Assembly (NCBI RefSeq): GCF_030144855.1
Contig: NC_082731.1
Location: forward strand, 25,172,001 to 25,236,000
Direction: 5' to 3'
DNA length: 64,000 nt
Source: Hypanus sabinus
Taxonomy: Eukaryota
The notes below the pieces were generated by a model. It searched no databases. It was given only the letters and a program-made list of their open reading frames with translations, and had not been told where the DNA came from. Every line of letters starts with the position of its first letter. Within the stretch, counting starts at the first letter, position 1. Shown here one piece after another: positions 49,971-61,390 of the stretch. Both the position numbers and the translations under genes were made by a program.

Positions 49971-52900
49971 TGTTACACAAGCGTGGATGTTGACGTACCC
50001 AAGTACAGAAGACGGGTGCGGAGGCTGATTCGAGGGGCGTTATTGATGTAGCGAGCGTGCAATCTGTATCCAGGATTTTAGCCTGGCAATCCTAAGAACA
50101 ATGAGACGATGTTACTCACACTGCAGTCGACCAATGAACTGGCAGCTCGTTGCTGTGATCATAGTTTCTTTAACCTGCATTTTCGGATGGAACGCAAGTG
50201 TGTGTAGTTAGTGGAATCTGGGAATGATTGGAAACTAACCGAGGTGAGTGTGTCCCATTCCCTGAGGAAAATAACAAGGTGGGCGACTGCCAGAAGGGTC
50301 GATAACAATATCCTTCCCCCAACGGGAGCCTCCAAGCAATCCTCCAGGCCTGTCGGCATGGTTCCGACGAAAGTGTCTAGGATGAAGGAGCGAGGGATCC
50401 AGGAACGCTCCACTGGACCGTACCCTTCCCAATTTACCAGTTATTGGCAAACCCTGCCACTACGGCGCACATCTAGTAGTGTTCGGACGGTGTATGCCGG
50501 ATGGTGGTCGATGATATGGGCAGGTGGGGGAATCTCAGCCGAGGGACACAAAGATATGAAGGAAACTGGCTTCAACTGGGATACAGTCTGGTGGGTAGAT
50601 CTTAGCAGTTTTAGGCGGACGGCTGCGGGACTGAAAACACTTTCGTCCTTGAAATGTCCTAAGAGGCGAGGGAAGACGTTCCTTTGACCGTGCTTGAGCG
50701 GAATGTCCTTGGATAAGAGCCCACCATTTGCCCCAGATGGTACTCATACGCCGGCGTCCGGTGTAGGTCGGCCGTCTTCTTCTTGCATTTTGCTGTTCTG
50801 AGTAGGGCCGCATGTGTCTCCTCCCAAACTTTAAGGCAGTGCTCCATTTTGTGCTGAATTGATGGTCCCAGAATCTCCTCTTCTTGGGCGAGGAACAGCG
50901 GGTGTTCGTATCCCAGCGATCACACGAATGGAGAACATCCAATGGCAGAGCTCACCAGAGAGTTGTAGCCCTACACAGCTAACGGGAGGTGGTTACTCCA
51001 GGTCGACGGTTTGTTTGCCGTTAAGCAACATAACATCGCCTCCAGGTCTTGGTTGACCCTTTCAGTCTGCCTGTTCGTCTAGGGGTGGAAGCCGGATGAC
51101 AGGTTGACTGATGCACCTAAAGCTTGTCAGAAGGCCTTCCATTCTTGTGAGACGAACTGGAGACGTCGATCGGAGACAATGCCTGCGGGGATTCCGTGGA
51201 GGCGGAAGACGAGACGGACGAGAAGGTCTACGGTTTCTTGAGAGGAAGGGAGTTTAAGGAATGCTACGAAGTGCACCACCTTGAAGAACCTCTACCACGT
51301 TGAGTACGTTGGTGTTCCCATTTGAAAAAGGTGTAGACCTTTGACGAAGTCTAGGGCGATGTGTGACCAGGGACCGGCAGGGGCATGTAGATGACGAAAT
51401 AACTCCGCCGGTGGCCAATCAGAGGCATTTCCCCGGGCACGGATGGAACATGCCGAGATATAAGAACGGGCATCCGCTTTCACCGACGGCGAGCCAAAAA
51501 GGTTTTTTTTTCAGGAGCGTTTAGGTTTGATCATTCCCGGGGTGGCAGGCGAAACCAGAAGTCTTTTCCCATTGCAGAACATATGACCTGAAGGAAACGG
51601 GCAAATACTGGCGATCACTGTATCCATTGCCGGAGCCTTTGTCTTCTTTACTTTGGACTCGATATTCTCAGTCAGGGTGACAGCCGGACAGGATGGTTCA
51701 GCCTTGGGCTGAACGTATCCTCCTTGGAGACGTATTGTGGGAAAGCGCGTCCGGTTTCCCGTTCTTGGACTCCGGACGGTGTGTGGGGGAACATTTTAAC
51801 CGTTCATAAAATAACGGCCAACGGGCCGAGCAGGAGTTCAAACGTTTGGTGGTCTGAATATACCCCAGGTTTTCGGTATGATCAGTCCATAACACAAACG
51901 GTTGTTCTGCCCCCGCCAGCCAGTGCCTTCATTTATCCGATGCTAGTTTGACAGCCAGGAGTTCTCGATTCCCCACGACGTAACTCCGCTCGGCGGGGGG
52001 CAGTCGATGATCATAGAAGACAGATAGACAAACCGACAGACAGAGAGACATACATTATTGATCCCGAGGAAAACTGGGTTACGTTACAGTCGCACCAGCT
52101 AAGAATAATGTAGAAATATAGCAATATAAAACCATATTCATTTAAACAATGAAAGGTAAATTGTGCCAAGTGGATATAAGTCCTGGACCAGCCTATTGGC
52201 TCAGGGTGTCTGACACTCCGAGGGTGGAGTTATAAAGTTTGATGGCCACAGGCAGGAATGCTTTCCTATGAAGTTCTGTGTTGCATCTGAAGGTGCAGGA
52301 GTGAAGCATTTCGTCATTGGAACAGGACTGCTCCTATCCTGGAATCAGAGGCTTCCACCTCGACAATGAATTGACGGACTGCGACCGGATGGACCAAGAT
52401 GGGAGAGGTGGTGAAACGCCTCTTCATGTCGGTTAACGCAGAGTCAGCTTCAAATTCCCAACAGAAAGCGGTAGTAGGAGATGTAAGTGGAGTAACGGGG
52501 GCCGCCACTCGACTGTAATCTCTGATAAATGGGCAGTAGAAGTTTGCAAACAACAGGAGTCGTTGAAGTTGTTTGCGGGTCGTGAGCCTAGGACATTCTT
52601 CCACTCTCCGTATCTTCTCGGAGTTTGCTCTCACCAGTCCACTTTCAATGATATAACCCAGTAAAATGACCAAAGGAACGTGGAACTCAAATTTATCCGC
52701 CTTTACAAATAATTGGTTTTCCCACAGTCTCCGGAGGACTTGACGGGCATGGTGAACGAGTTCCTGAAGTGGGGGGTGGTGTTAGAAAATATCAGATATC
52801 ATCGAGGTAGACGAATACGAACCGGTTAATAACGTCCCTCAGTCGTTCATTAATGAGGGCTTGAAAAACGGCAAGAGCATCGGTGAGGCCGAAAGCCATG

Positions 52901-55210
52901 ACGAAAGATTCGAAGAGGCCCAGTGACATATAAAAGGCCGTCTCCCACTTGTCCCCCTCACTCACCCTGACTAGATGGTAAGCGTTAAGAAGATCCAGCT
53001 TTGAGAAAATTGTGGCTCCATGCAGAGGTTCATACGCAGAACTAATGAGGCGTAGAGGATACTTATTCTTAACTGTTACACTGTTTACGCCTCTGTAATC
53101 AATACAAGGACGAAGCGACCCGTCCATCTTTTATACAAATAAGAAACCGGCGCCTACCAAGGAACATATAGGTCTGATAAAGCCCTAGCGAGGAACTTGC
53201 TGATATATTTCTCCATTGGTTCTTTCTTCGGTCGGGGTAGTTTAAAAAGGCTACTGGGGAGAGACCCATGGGAGAACGTCGATGGCACAATCATATGGGC
53301 GTTGCGGAGGATGGGCCCGTTATTTACTGATTACCCGTCCCAAGTAATGGTATTCTGTGGGGACCCGGGACAAATCAAGAGTTTCCGGGACAGACGTGTT
53401 CGCAGTAGCTTCCCTACGACATGGGGCTGACTGCAGAAAGTTAACGTGACAAGCCTAGATCCATTTGGCTATCCCCCCCCCCCCGTTAGACCAGTCGTTG
53501 TGGGGATAGTATTGGGTCAGCCATGGAAAACTTTGAACTACCGGCCATGAAGTGAACAAATGAGACTGGATCTTACCTCCCCCGGATATTTGCCGGGTAG
53601 GATATTGATCAGGGGCGGCGTACAGTGGGACACACAATCCATCAATTTTCCGTTTTGCGCCCGGGCCTCCAGGGGTGTAGTTCGAGCCCAGGAGACTACG
53701 TCCTCGTCCAGCAGATTGCCCTCGGAACCGGAGTCCAACAAAGTGGATAGGGATAGAAATTGTTATTTGTAATTCATGGTACCGATTCTGCATCTGAATC
53801 TGCAGGACTAAAGGGAGTATTGTCCCGCTCACCATTACCCTTTTCCGCTGGTGAGCCCTGCATTTTGATCGCTGAGGGTAATTATCCGGGAAATGGCCTG
53901 GGTGGCCACAATAGAAACGATCTCCAGCACTCCATCTCTGAAGTCGTTCGATCGGGGACAAATGGTTCCGTCCCAGCTGCATCGGTTCGTTCCCCATGGT
54001 GGAGGGGACGTTCGGAGCAGGAACTACACTCCGGTTGCGGAAGTGAGACTGGCTGCAACTGATAAGCTACACCGTGGGCATCGCCGAGGAGCGGGGTGAC
54101 TGGTTATTTGTCTGGGCCGCTCTTGAAGTCTATTATCTAATCTACTGAATTGTGCGATCAGAGTATCCAAGCAGTCTTTGTCGTCCCTCGCTACCAGTTT
54201 ATCCTTTATCTTGTCCGAGAAGACCTCTCGAAACACCTCCCGTAGTGCCTCGTCTTTCCACCCTGAGTCTGCGCCTATGTTTCGGGGATCGACGGGATAC
54301 ATTACTATGCTTTGCAAACCCTAATAAAGGGTCAGCAAACGTTTAACGACGTCTTTACCACGGAATGGATTTTCGAGGACATTCCTTCTTTCAGCAAATA
54401 GGAATGGAAGGAGGAACGGACCTCTGGTCGGTCATCCTACATCGCTTTTGCCCAAGCCAAAGCATCCCCACGTAACAGATCCGTGATGTACGCAATCTGG
54501 GTTTTAGCTCAAGCGTATTTACGTGGCTGTCGCTCAAAGACCAAAGATCATTGTAACAGGAAGGCCCGGCACATCCTTAGGTCTCTGGCGTAGAGTTCGG
54601 GCTCGGGTACGTATGGCTTTCAAGGAGACTGTCTTGCTGGTCCCAGGAGCCAAGCCATCCGGAGCTGTGCGGCTTGGGTAGTCTGGTTTCTTGGAGGGGT
54701 CGGTTAAAGGGAAGTGGAAACTCGGTCCACCTACGCACTGACATCCGTACATTCGTGGATAGTGTCCAAAGGTTTCTGTGACCTCCCTAGGCAGTCAGTA
54801 TACTCCCAGCAGGTAGCACTGAATGGCGAGGGCCTGTTGTACGGGATCCGTGTCCGCCAGGTTAATTATGGCCAGTTCCTTCTGTTACCTGAGCGTGGGG
54901 TTGGACGAAACCAAGTGCATAACAAAGGCCCGGAGGTAGAAACGGGGGGGCGTTATTAACATAGCGGTCGTGGAATCGGTATCCAGGAACGATGCCTAAG
55001 AACCATGAAACGAGGATACTCACACCGGTTTCGATCAACGAACTGGCAGCAACTTGTTCTGATCACAAGGTCTCTATCCTGCATTTTTTAATGGAAAGCA
55101 GGGGTGTTTAGTTATTGAAATCTGAGAGTGATTGGAAACTAAACGAAGCAATTGAGGCCAAAAGTCTGCGGTAAATAGCAACGTGGGTTTTGCCAGAAGG
55201 GTCCATGACT
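49971..55210 (-). mobile_element. Full-span Sushi-like chromodomain Gypsy (chromovirus), decayed, two LTRs
   Basis: LTRs 49971-50307 and 54883-55210; PPT-like ATATCCTTCCCCC next to the left LTR; leader GGCCAGTTCCTTC next to the right LTR; flanks TAATA/TAATC (near-TSD). Gag, protease (LDSGSEGNLLD), RT ([29 protein letters not shown]), RNase H, integrase, and chromodomain ([27 protein letters not shown], ~50400-50495). Confidence 0.92.
52020..52290 (-). mobile_element. Rex1/Babar-like LINE 3' fragment nested in the chromovirus RNase H
   Basis: Inverted GGGATCAATAATGTATGTCTCTCTGTC tail. It interrupts sequence that is contiguous in the paralogous element at ~59340-59370. Possible GAAG TSD. Confidence 0.65.
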
Positions 55211-55569
55211 TAATCAAGCAATGTCTACCAAAAAGTATACATATATTCACTACTGGAGAATACCTTCCAATAACTCTCATACTTCTAATGTTGGTCGCAC
55301 TGACTAATACCTCACCTGTCACGAAGGATGATTTAAATGTCCCTGCAACGATCCTGGCAGTCACCGCCCTTGCCACTTGCAGGGTGTCCAGGGAGCACCT
55401 TGTCAGGAGCTAGGGATTTATGCACACAAATGTTCCCCAGTGTAGCGAATGTATCCTCCTCCACAATCTGTACAGGGCCCATGGACTTGATGGCGCGTTC
55501 CATCACTTTGATGCACACACATTCTGCATCCTGAGTAAATGTTGATCCTACAAATTCATTAATTATCCA

Positions 55570-55695
55570 ACACCTTCCAAAGGGCTTCGGCTCAAAGCGT
55601 CGACGCTATTTTGTTCCATAAATGCTGGCTGGCCTGCTGAGTTCCTGCAGAATTTTTTGTGTGTTGCTCGGCTTTCAATCATCTGCAAGTTTTGT
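55570..55695 (+). repeat. Half copy of the elasmobranch hairpin repeat (Penelope-derived MITE/SINE-like)
   Basis: AAGGGCTTCGGCTCAAAGCGTCGAC...ATGCTGGCTGGCCTGCTGAGTTCCTGCAGAATTTTTTGTGTGTTG, homologous to the right half of 56475-56657. Confidence 0.7.
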
Positions 55696-56474
55696 CCTTT
55701 ATGTTTTCTCTTTTTTTTTAATCTGTTTTGGTTCCACACACGGATTACCATTTTGATCATCCGGAGGACAATTTTGGCTACTTGCAAACATTTTCCTCGT
55801 AACAAATCTGTAGATTAACTTGGGACTGACCTTGACCCTGCTTGCTGGATCAAATATGCGTTCTTTTAACACTTATGATTTATTTTCTTAAGAGTTGTCT
55901 TGCATTTATTATACGACCAAACCACACCATTTGTTCTTTCGTGCATTTTCGTGGAATTCATCTCCTACTTTAACTTAACGGCCCTACATATATCTTGAAA
56001 ACCAAGGATCCATACACCTATTATTTATATCATTTATTCTAACAGATACATACATGCTGTGTACTGTCAAAATTTAAGTTATGAAGAACACACACTTCGC
56101 AGGTATAATTTTGTTCTAAAACAGCCTATCTCAATCGACAATTATATGATCGTTCCTGATACTATCAAAAACTTCATTTCTCTAAGTTAGAATGCCATAC
56201 CGCGGATCAGAACTATTATTTTGCATGTTGACTTTGAAATTAAATCTATTCTGACCACTAGATATTAAAAAAAAAAATCCCTGAACTGTCATCTGTCATC
56301 TGTCCTGTCAAATTCCCATAGCAGATCAAGTATCGCACACTCTCTAATTGGGACTTCTACGTACTGATCAAGAACATTGTATGAGCACATTTGACAAATT
56401 GTATGTTCTATAGTACTTCCATAGTATTAGATTCGCAGTTAGGATGTGGAAAAAATATTATAACCTGCTATACT

Positions 56475-56657
56475 CACAAAATGCTGCTGGAACAAAGCAG
56501 GCCAGGCAGCATCTATAAGGAGAAGCACTATCCTGTCGAAGGGTCTCAGCCCGAAACGTCGACTGTGTTTCTCCTTATAGATGCTGCCTGGCCTGCTGTG
56601 TTCCACCAGCATTTTGTGTGTGTTGTTTGAATTTCCAGCATCTGCAGATTACCTCGT
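56475..56657 (+). repeat. Hairpin (inverted-repeat) element with degenerate hammerhead-ribozyme core
   Basis: ~50-bp inverted arms CACAAAATGCTGCTGGAACAAAGCAGGCCAGGCAGCATCTATAAGGAGAA / TTCTCCTTATAGATGCTGCCTGGCCTGCTGTGTTCCACCAGCATTTTGTG around CTGTCGA-A-GGG(TCTCAG)CCC-GAAAC-GTC (56533-56560). Confidence 0.8.
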
Positions 56658-57559
56658 GATCACCTACTATAACAGGATAGTTTCTATCTGTATTGCAGTT
56701 GCCTGCGATCTCCCATCAAATGTGTTCCTTTAACTCCCACGGACTGTTGGGTTGTCTGTAATTTTACCCCGTTAACGTCTTCTTCCTTTTCTCGTTATTT
56801 AGTTCCACCCATAGCACCTCACGAGACAAGTTATCCAGAGTGTCCTGAAAGAGCACTGCATGATATTTTCCCTAACTATTAACCCCATACCATCCTTCTT
56901 TCTTCAATTCCATTGACCCGCCAGTTCTGACTCTTCTTCAAGCAAGTCTCGCCAATAATTTGAATATTATAATCACAGACGTCCCTGCAGTTATTCTTGC
57001 ACTGAGAGCTACACATCTCAGGAGACTAGTCGCACAATGCTCAACTTTTTGTTTCATGATTTTCTCTGAGATCTAAACACTATGTCTCCGCAAACAAAAT
57101 TCTGAGCTGTGAAAGCAGGAGGGATATTGTCTTTGGAAAGAGTATCTGATTACATAGTCGCGGATGTACCGACAATGTTTGTGTTTGATAACAACGGTTG
57201 GTCCATTATTAAGCCCAGATATAATTAAAAGCATGTCTGAAACAATTTTCTGATAATACAATTATAAAAGATCTACCGTTCGTCAAGCGTCCATTAATAG
57301 AAGCAGCACAACTGAAACAGTGGAGAACAAACTAGTCATGTGTAAAATAGATCACAGAAGTCTCCTTGCCGAGCAAACTTCTTGAAGGCACTTTCCAATA
57401 TAGACAAGTCAAGAAAACAGCACATTTTGAAATGATTAATTTTACTTGTGAGAATTACGACGAAACAGCAAAAATGTTCTGTTTGTATCAACAAGCAGAA
57501 ATATTCTGTGGAGTTACAGAATGATGTAATTCATACTGTATATAGTGAAAGGCATCGAT

Positions 57560-60500
57560 GATCATTTTCTGAGGAAAGCAGCAAGGTGGTCGATTGCCAA
57601 GCGGAACCATGACAGTACCCTCGCTCAACGGGAGCTTCTGGACGATCCTCCAGTCCTCTCTGGATGGTCCCGATGAAAATCCTGCATGAGGAAAGGACCT
57701 AGGATGAAGCAGCGGGGTACCCAGGAACGCTCTTCTGTACCGTACCTTTCCCAGTCTGCAAGGCATTGGAAACCCCTGCACTTACAACGCACGTCCAGTA
57801 GTCTTCGGACGGTGTTTGCCGTATTGTCGTCGATTATACGGGCAGGCCGGGGGAGGATCAGCCGTGGGACACCAGCGGCTTACGGAGACCGGTTTTCACT
57901 GGGAAACAGGAAAAGACGGGTGGATGGCCAAGGATGTTGGCAATTTTAGGCGGACTGCTGCTGTATTGATAAAACTTTCGACCTTGAAGTAAGAGAAGGG
58001 CGTGTTTCCAATGCTCGTTCTTCAGTGTGGTATCCCAAGCTGAAAGCCTCTCCATGTGCCCCGATTGGTAGTCAGGCGCTGGATTCCGGTGTCGGTCAAC
58101 TGTCTTCTTTCTATGTCTTGCTGATCTGAGTAGGGCTGTGCGTTTCGCCTCCCACACCTTAAGGCACGGATCAATATAGCCTTAAACCGATGGTACCGCA
58201 ATCTCCTCTTCTTGCGCGGGGAACAGCCGGGATTAGTACCTCAGTGAACACGCGAATGGAGAACTTCCAATTGCCGACCTTAATAGTGAGCTATTGGCGT
58301 ACTTAACCCAGGGGAGTCGGTCGCTCCAGGTCGACGTTTATTTTTATTTTACCTCTCATTACACAACGTAGCGTCGCCTTCAGGTCTTGGTTGACCCGTT
58401 CCGTCTGCCCGTTTGTCTGTGCGTGGAAGCCGGATGACAGTCTGACCTATGCACCTAACGCTTGAGAGAAGGCCTTCCTGTGAGACGGACTAAGAACCCC
58501 GATCGGAGACGATGTCTGCGGGGATTCCGTGGAGGCAGAAGACGTGGCTGACGAGAGAGATCTGCGGTTTCTTGAGAAGAAGGGAGTTTAGGGAAGGCTT
58601 CAAGGTGCACCGCATTGCAGAACCTGTCTACCATGGTGAGTACGGTAGTGTCCCCATGAGAATGGGGTAGACCGGTGACGATGTCTAGGGCGATATGTGA
58701 ACAGGGACGACCAAGTCCAGCCAGTGGACCAATTAACCCCGCTGGTGACCGATGAGAGGTCTTTTCCCCGGGAACAGATTGATCATGTCGATATATAGGA
58801 ATGGGTATACCCCTGCATGGACGGCCAAAAAACGTGTTTTTTTCAAGAACGTTTGGGTCCGGTCACTCGGCAGGCGAACCGAGACGTGTGCCCCCTTTGA
58901 AGAAACTGGGACCTGACGGACGCGGGCACATACAGGTGAGAGCCGGGTCCATTGCAGGGGTTGTGGACAACCTGTTGAACTACTTTTACTTTACACTCGA
59001 TCTCCCAAGTGAGGGTGACAACCACGCAGGATGGCGGGAGGATAGTCCCTGGGCTGTAAAGTCCTCCTGTAGTTGTATTGGCGGAAGAGCGCATCCGGCT
59101 TCCCGTTCTTGGACCCGGGAGGTCTGTGAGGGAAAACCTGAACCGTCCATAAAATAACGCCTAACGGGCGTGGCGCGAGATCAAACGTTCAGCGGCCTGA
59201 ATATACCCTAGGTTTTTATGATCAGTTCATGCCACAAATTGTTGTTCAGACCCCGCCAGCCGGTGTCTCCATTCTTCGAATGCTAGTTTGACCGTCACGA
59301 GTTCCCGATTCCTCTCGTCGTAACTCAGCTCGGCGGGGGTCAGTCGGCGAGAATAAAAGGCACAGGGGTGAAGCTTTTCGTCCGAGTTTGATTGTAAGGG
59401 CAGAACTGCACCTATCCCGGAGTTAGAGGCGTCCAATTCGACAATGAATTAACGGGCAGGGCCTGGATGGACCAAAATGGAAGCGCTGGTGAAACGCCTC
59501 TTCAGGTTGGTGAACGATGTGTCAGCTGCAGAGTTCCAACAGAAGGCGGTAGTAGACGAGTTAAACCGGTTAAGCTGTGCTGACCCTCGGCTGTTGTCTC
59601 TGCTCAATCGGCGGTAGAAATTCGTAAAGCCATGGAATCGTTGAAGTTGCTGGAGGGTCGGCGGCTAGGCCATTCTTCCACTGTCCATATCTTCACGGGG
59701 TTCTACTCTCAACTGCCCGCTCTCGATGATATAACCCAAGAAGCTGACCGAAGGAAAATGGAACTGACATTTCTGCGTCTTCATGACAATTGGTTTTAAC
59801 ACAGTCTCTGGAGGATTTAACGGACATGATGAACGTGTCCTTGGGGGATGCTAAAAATTTCAGGATGTCCTTGAGGTAAATAAATACGAACCGATTATTC
59901 AAGTCCCTCAGTACGTAATTAATGAAGGCTTCATAAACGGCAGGAGCATTGTTGATGCCAAACGGCATGACCAAATATTCGAAATGGCCCAGTGGTTTAT
60001 TAAAGACCGCCTTCCACTCGTCCAACTCCCTTACCACGGCTAGATTGTATGTGTTCCGAAGGTCCAGCTTTGAGTAAATGGTGACTCCATGCAGTGGTTT
60101 AAAAACCAAATTAATGAGGGGTAATGGTCCTTATTCTTAACTGTTATACTGTTTAGGCCTTTGTAATCAATACAAGGACGAAGCGACCCGTCGTTCTTTT
60201 CTACAACGATGAAACCGGCGACTACTGTGGAAGATGAAGGTCGGATACTTCCCGCCGCGAGGAACAAGCTGATGTACGTCTGCACGGCCACTTTCCCCGG
60301 TCGGGATAGGTTGTCTGGGAGATGTAGCTGACCGCAGACAGTTGGGGTGGCAAGTCTGGCTATATTTGGCTATCCTCTCGGTAGACCAGTAGACGTGGGG
60401 ATTGTGTTGTGTCATCCAGGGGAACCATAGTGCTACCGGGGCATGAGATGAACGAATGAGACTGAACCATACCTCTTCCCCGTGGTTGCTAGATAGTGCC

Positions 60501-61390
60501 AAGATCAAGGGAGGCGAACAGTGTATTACCCGAGCTACCACTCTTCCGTTTAGCTCCCGGGTCTCCAGGGGTGTAGTTCCAGCCGAGGAAGCTATGTCCT
60601 CGTCCAGCAGATTGCTGTCAGCAGCGGAATCTACCAAAGTGGACAGAGACAGAGACTGTTGTTGGTAATTCACTGTAACCGGGATCTGCATCCGAGTCTG
60701 GGGTCCTGAAGGGAGTTTCGATGGACTCCCCATAAAAATAGGAGCGGGATCTCTGCGAGGAATGGACATGAGAGTGAAGGACGGGCTGGTTGAAGAAGGT
60801 AAGGTGGACTGAGGGATGGCTCGAGGAACGGGGTAAACGGTCTTCTCTCTCAGACCGTTCTCAAGTCGGTTGTGTAGCCTGGTAACTGGGCAGATCAAAA
60901 TTTTTCTTTATTTCTGAGAAGAATGTGGGGAAGGAAGAATAGGTCTCTGGCTGATTACCCCAAATCGAGCTGGCCAATTGTAAGGCATTGCCTCGGAACA
61001 ACTACAAAATGTAAGTTTTGGTTTTACCTGTCCGTGGCGTATCTGGATGGCTGCTGCTTGAACACCAAGGAACATTGTAGTGGAAAAGCTCGAGACTAGC
61101 CCAGACCGCCGGCGTAATGTTTTGTATATGGTATGTGCTTCTCTCTTGGCGGACGGGATGTTCCCGCATCGGGCGACGCCACTGCAGGCTGTCCGGGCTG
61201 GTCGGACAGAGCTCCCGGAGTCGACGGGATAAGATAGGGGGATACACGGTCGCTTTGTTCACTGATCTTCCTTACGTCCACTGACAGGAAACGGAAGTAA
61301 TCCATTACGATCTGGAGCAGATGCTCGTGCAAGCCCAGTAGGGAGACTTGGCTGGGGATTCGTGTCCTCTGGGTTCATTATGGCCATTTC
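57560..61390 (-). mobile_element. Second Sushi-like chromodomain Gypsy, decayed, LTRs largely missing
   Basis: Short LTR remnant ending CATGACA (~57608). Chromodomain ~57700-57820, integrase, RNase H (DASNSGIGAVL..ERNRELVTVKLAFEEWRH), RT ([27 protein letters not shown]), protease (LVDSAADSNLLD), gag start TGGCCATAATGAACCC (minus strand) at ~61370-61385. Confidence 0.9.

Larger units (their letters stand above)
55211..57000 (-). mobile_element. Fragmented CR1 (EN/5' parts), probably continuing the 48926-49960 copy, with small repeats inserted
   Basis: CR1-like decayed sequence at ~55211-55555 and ~56660-57000. The middle part is not resolved. Confidence 0.45.
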
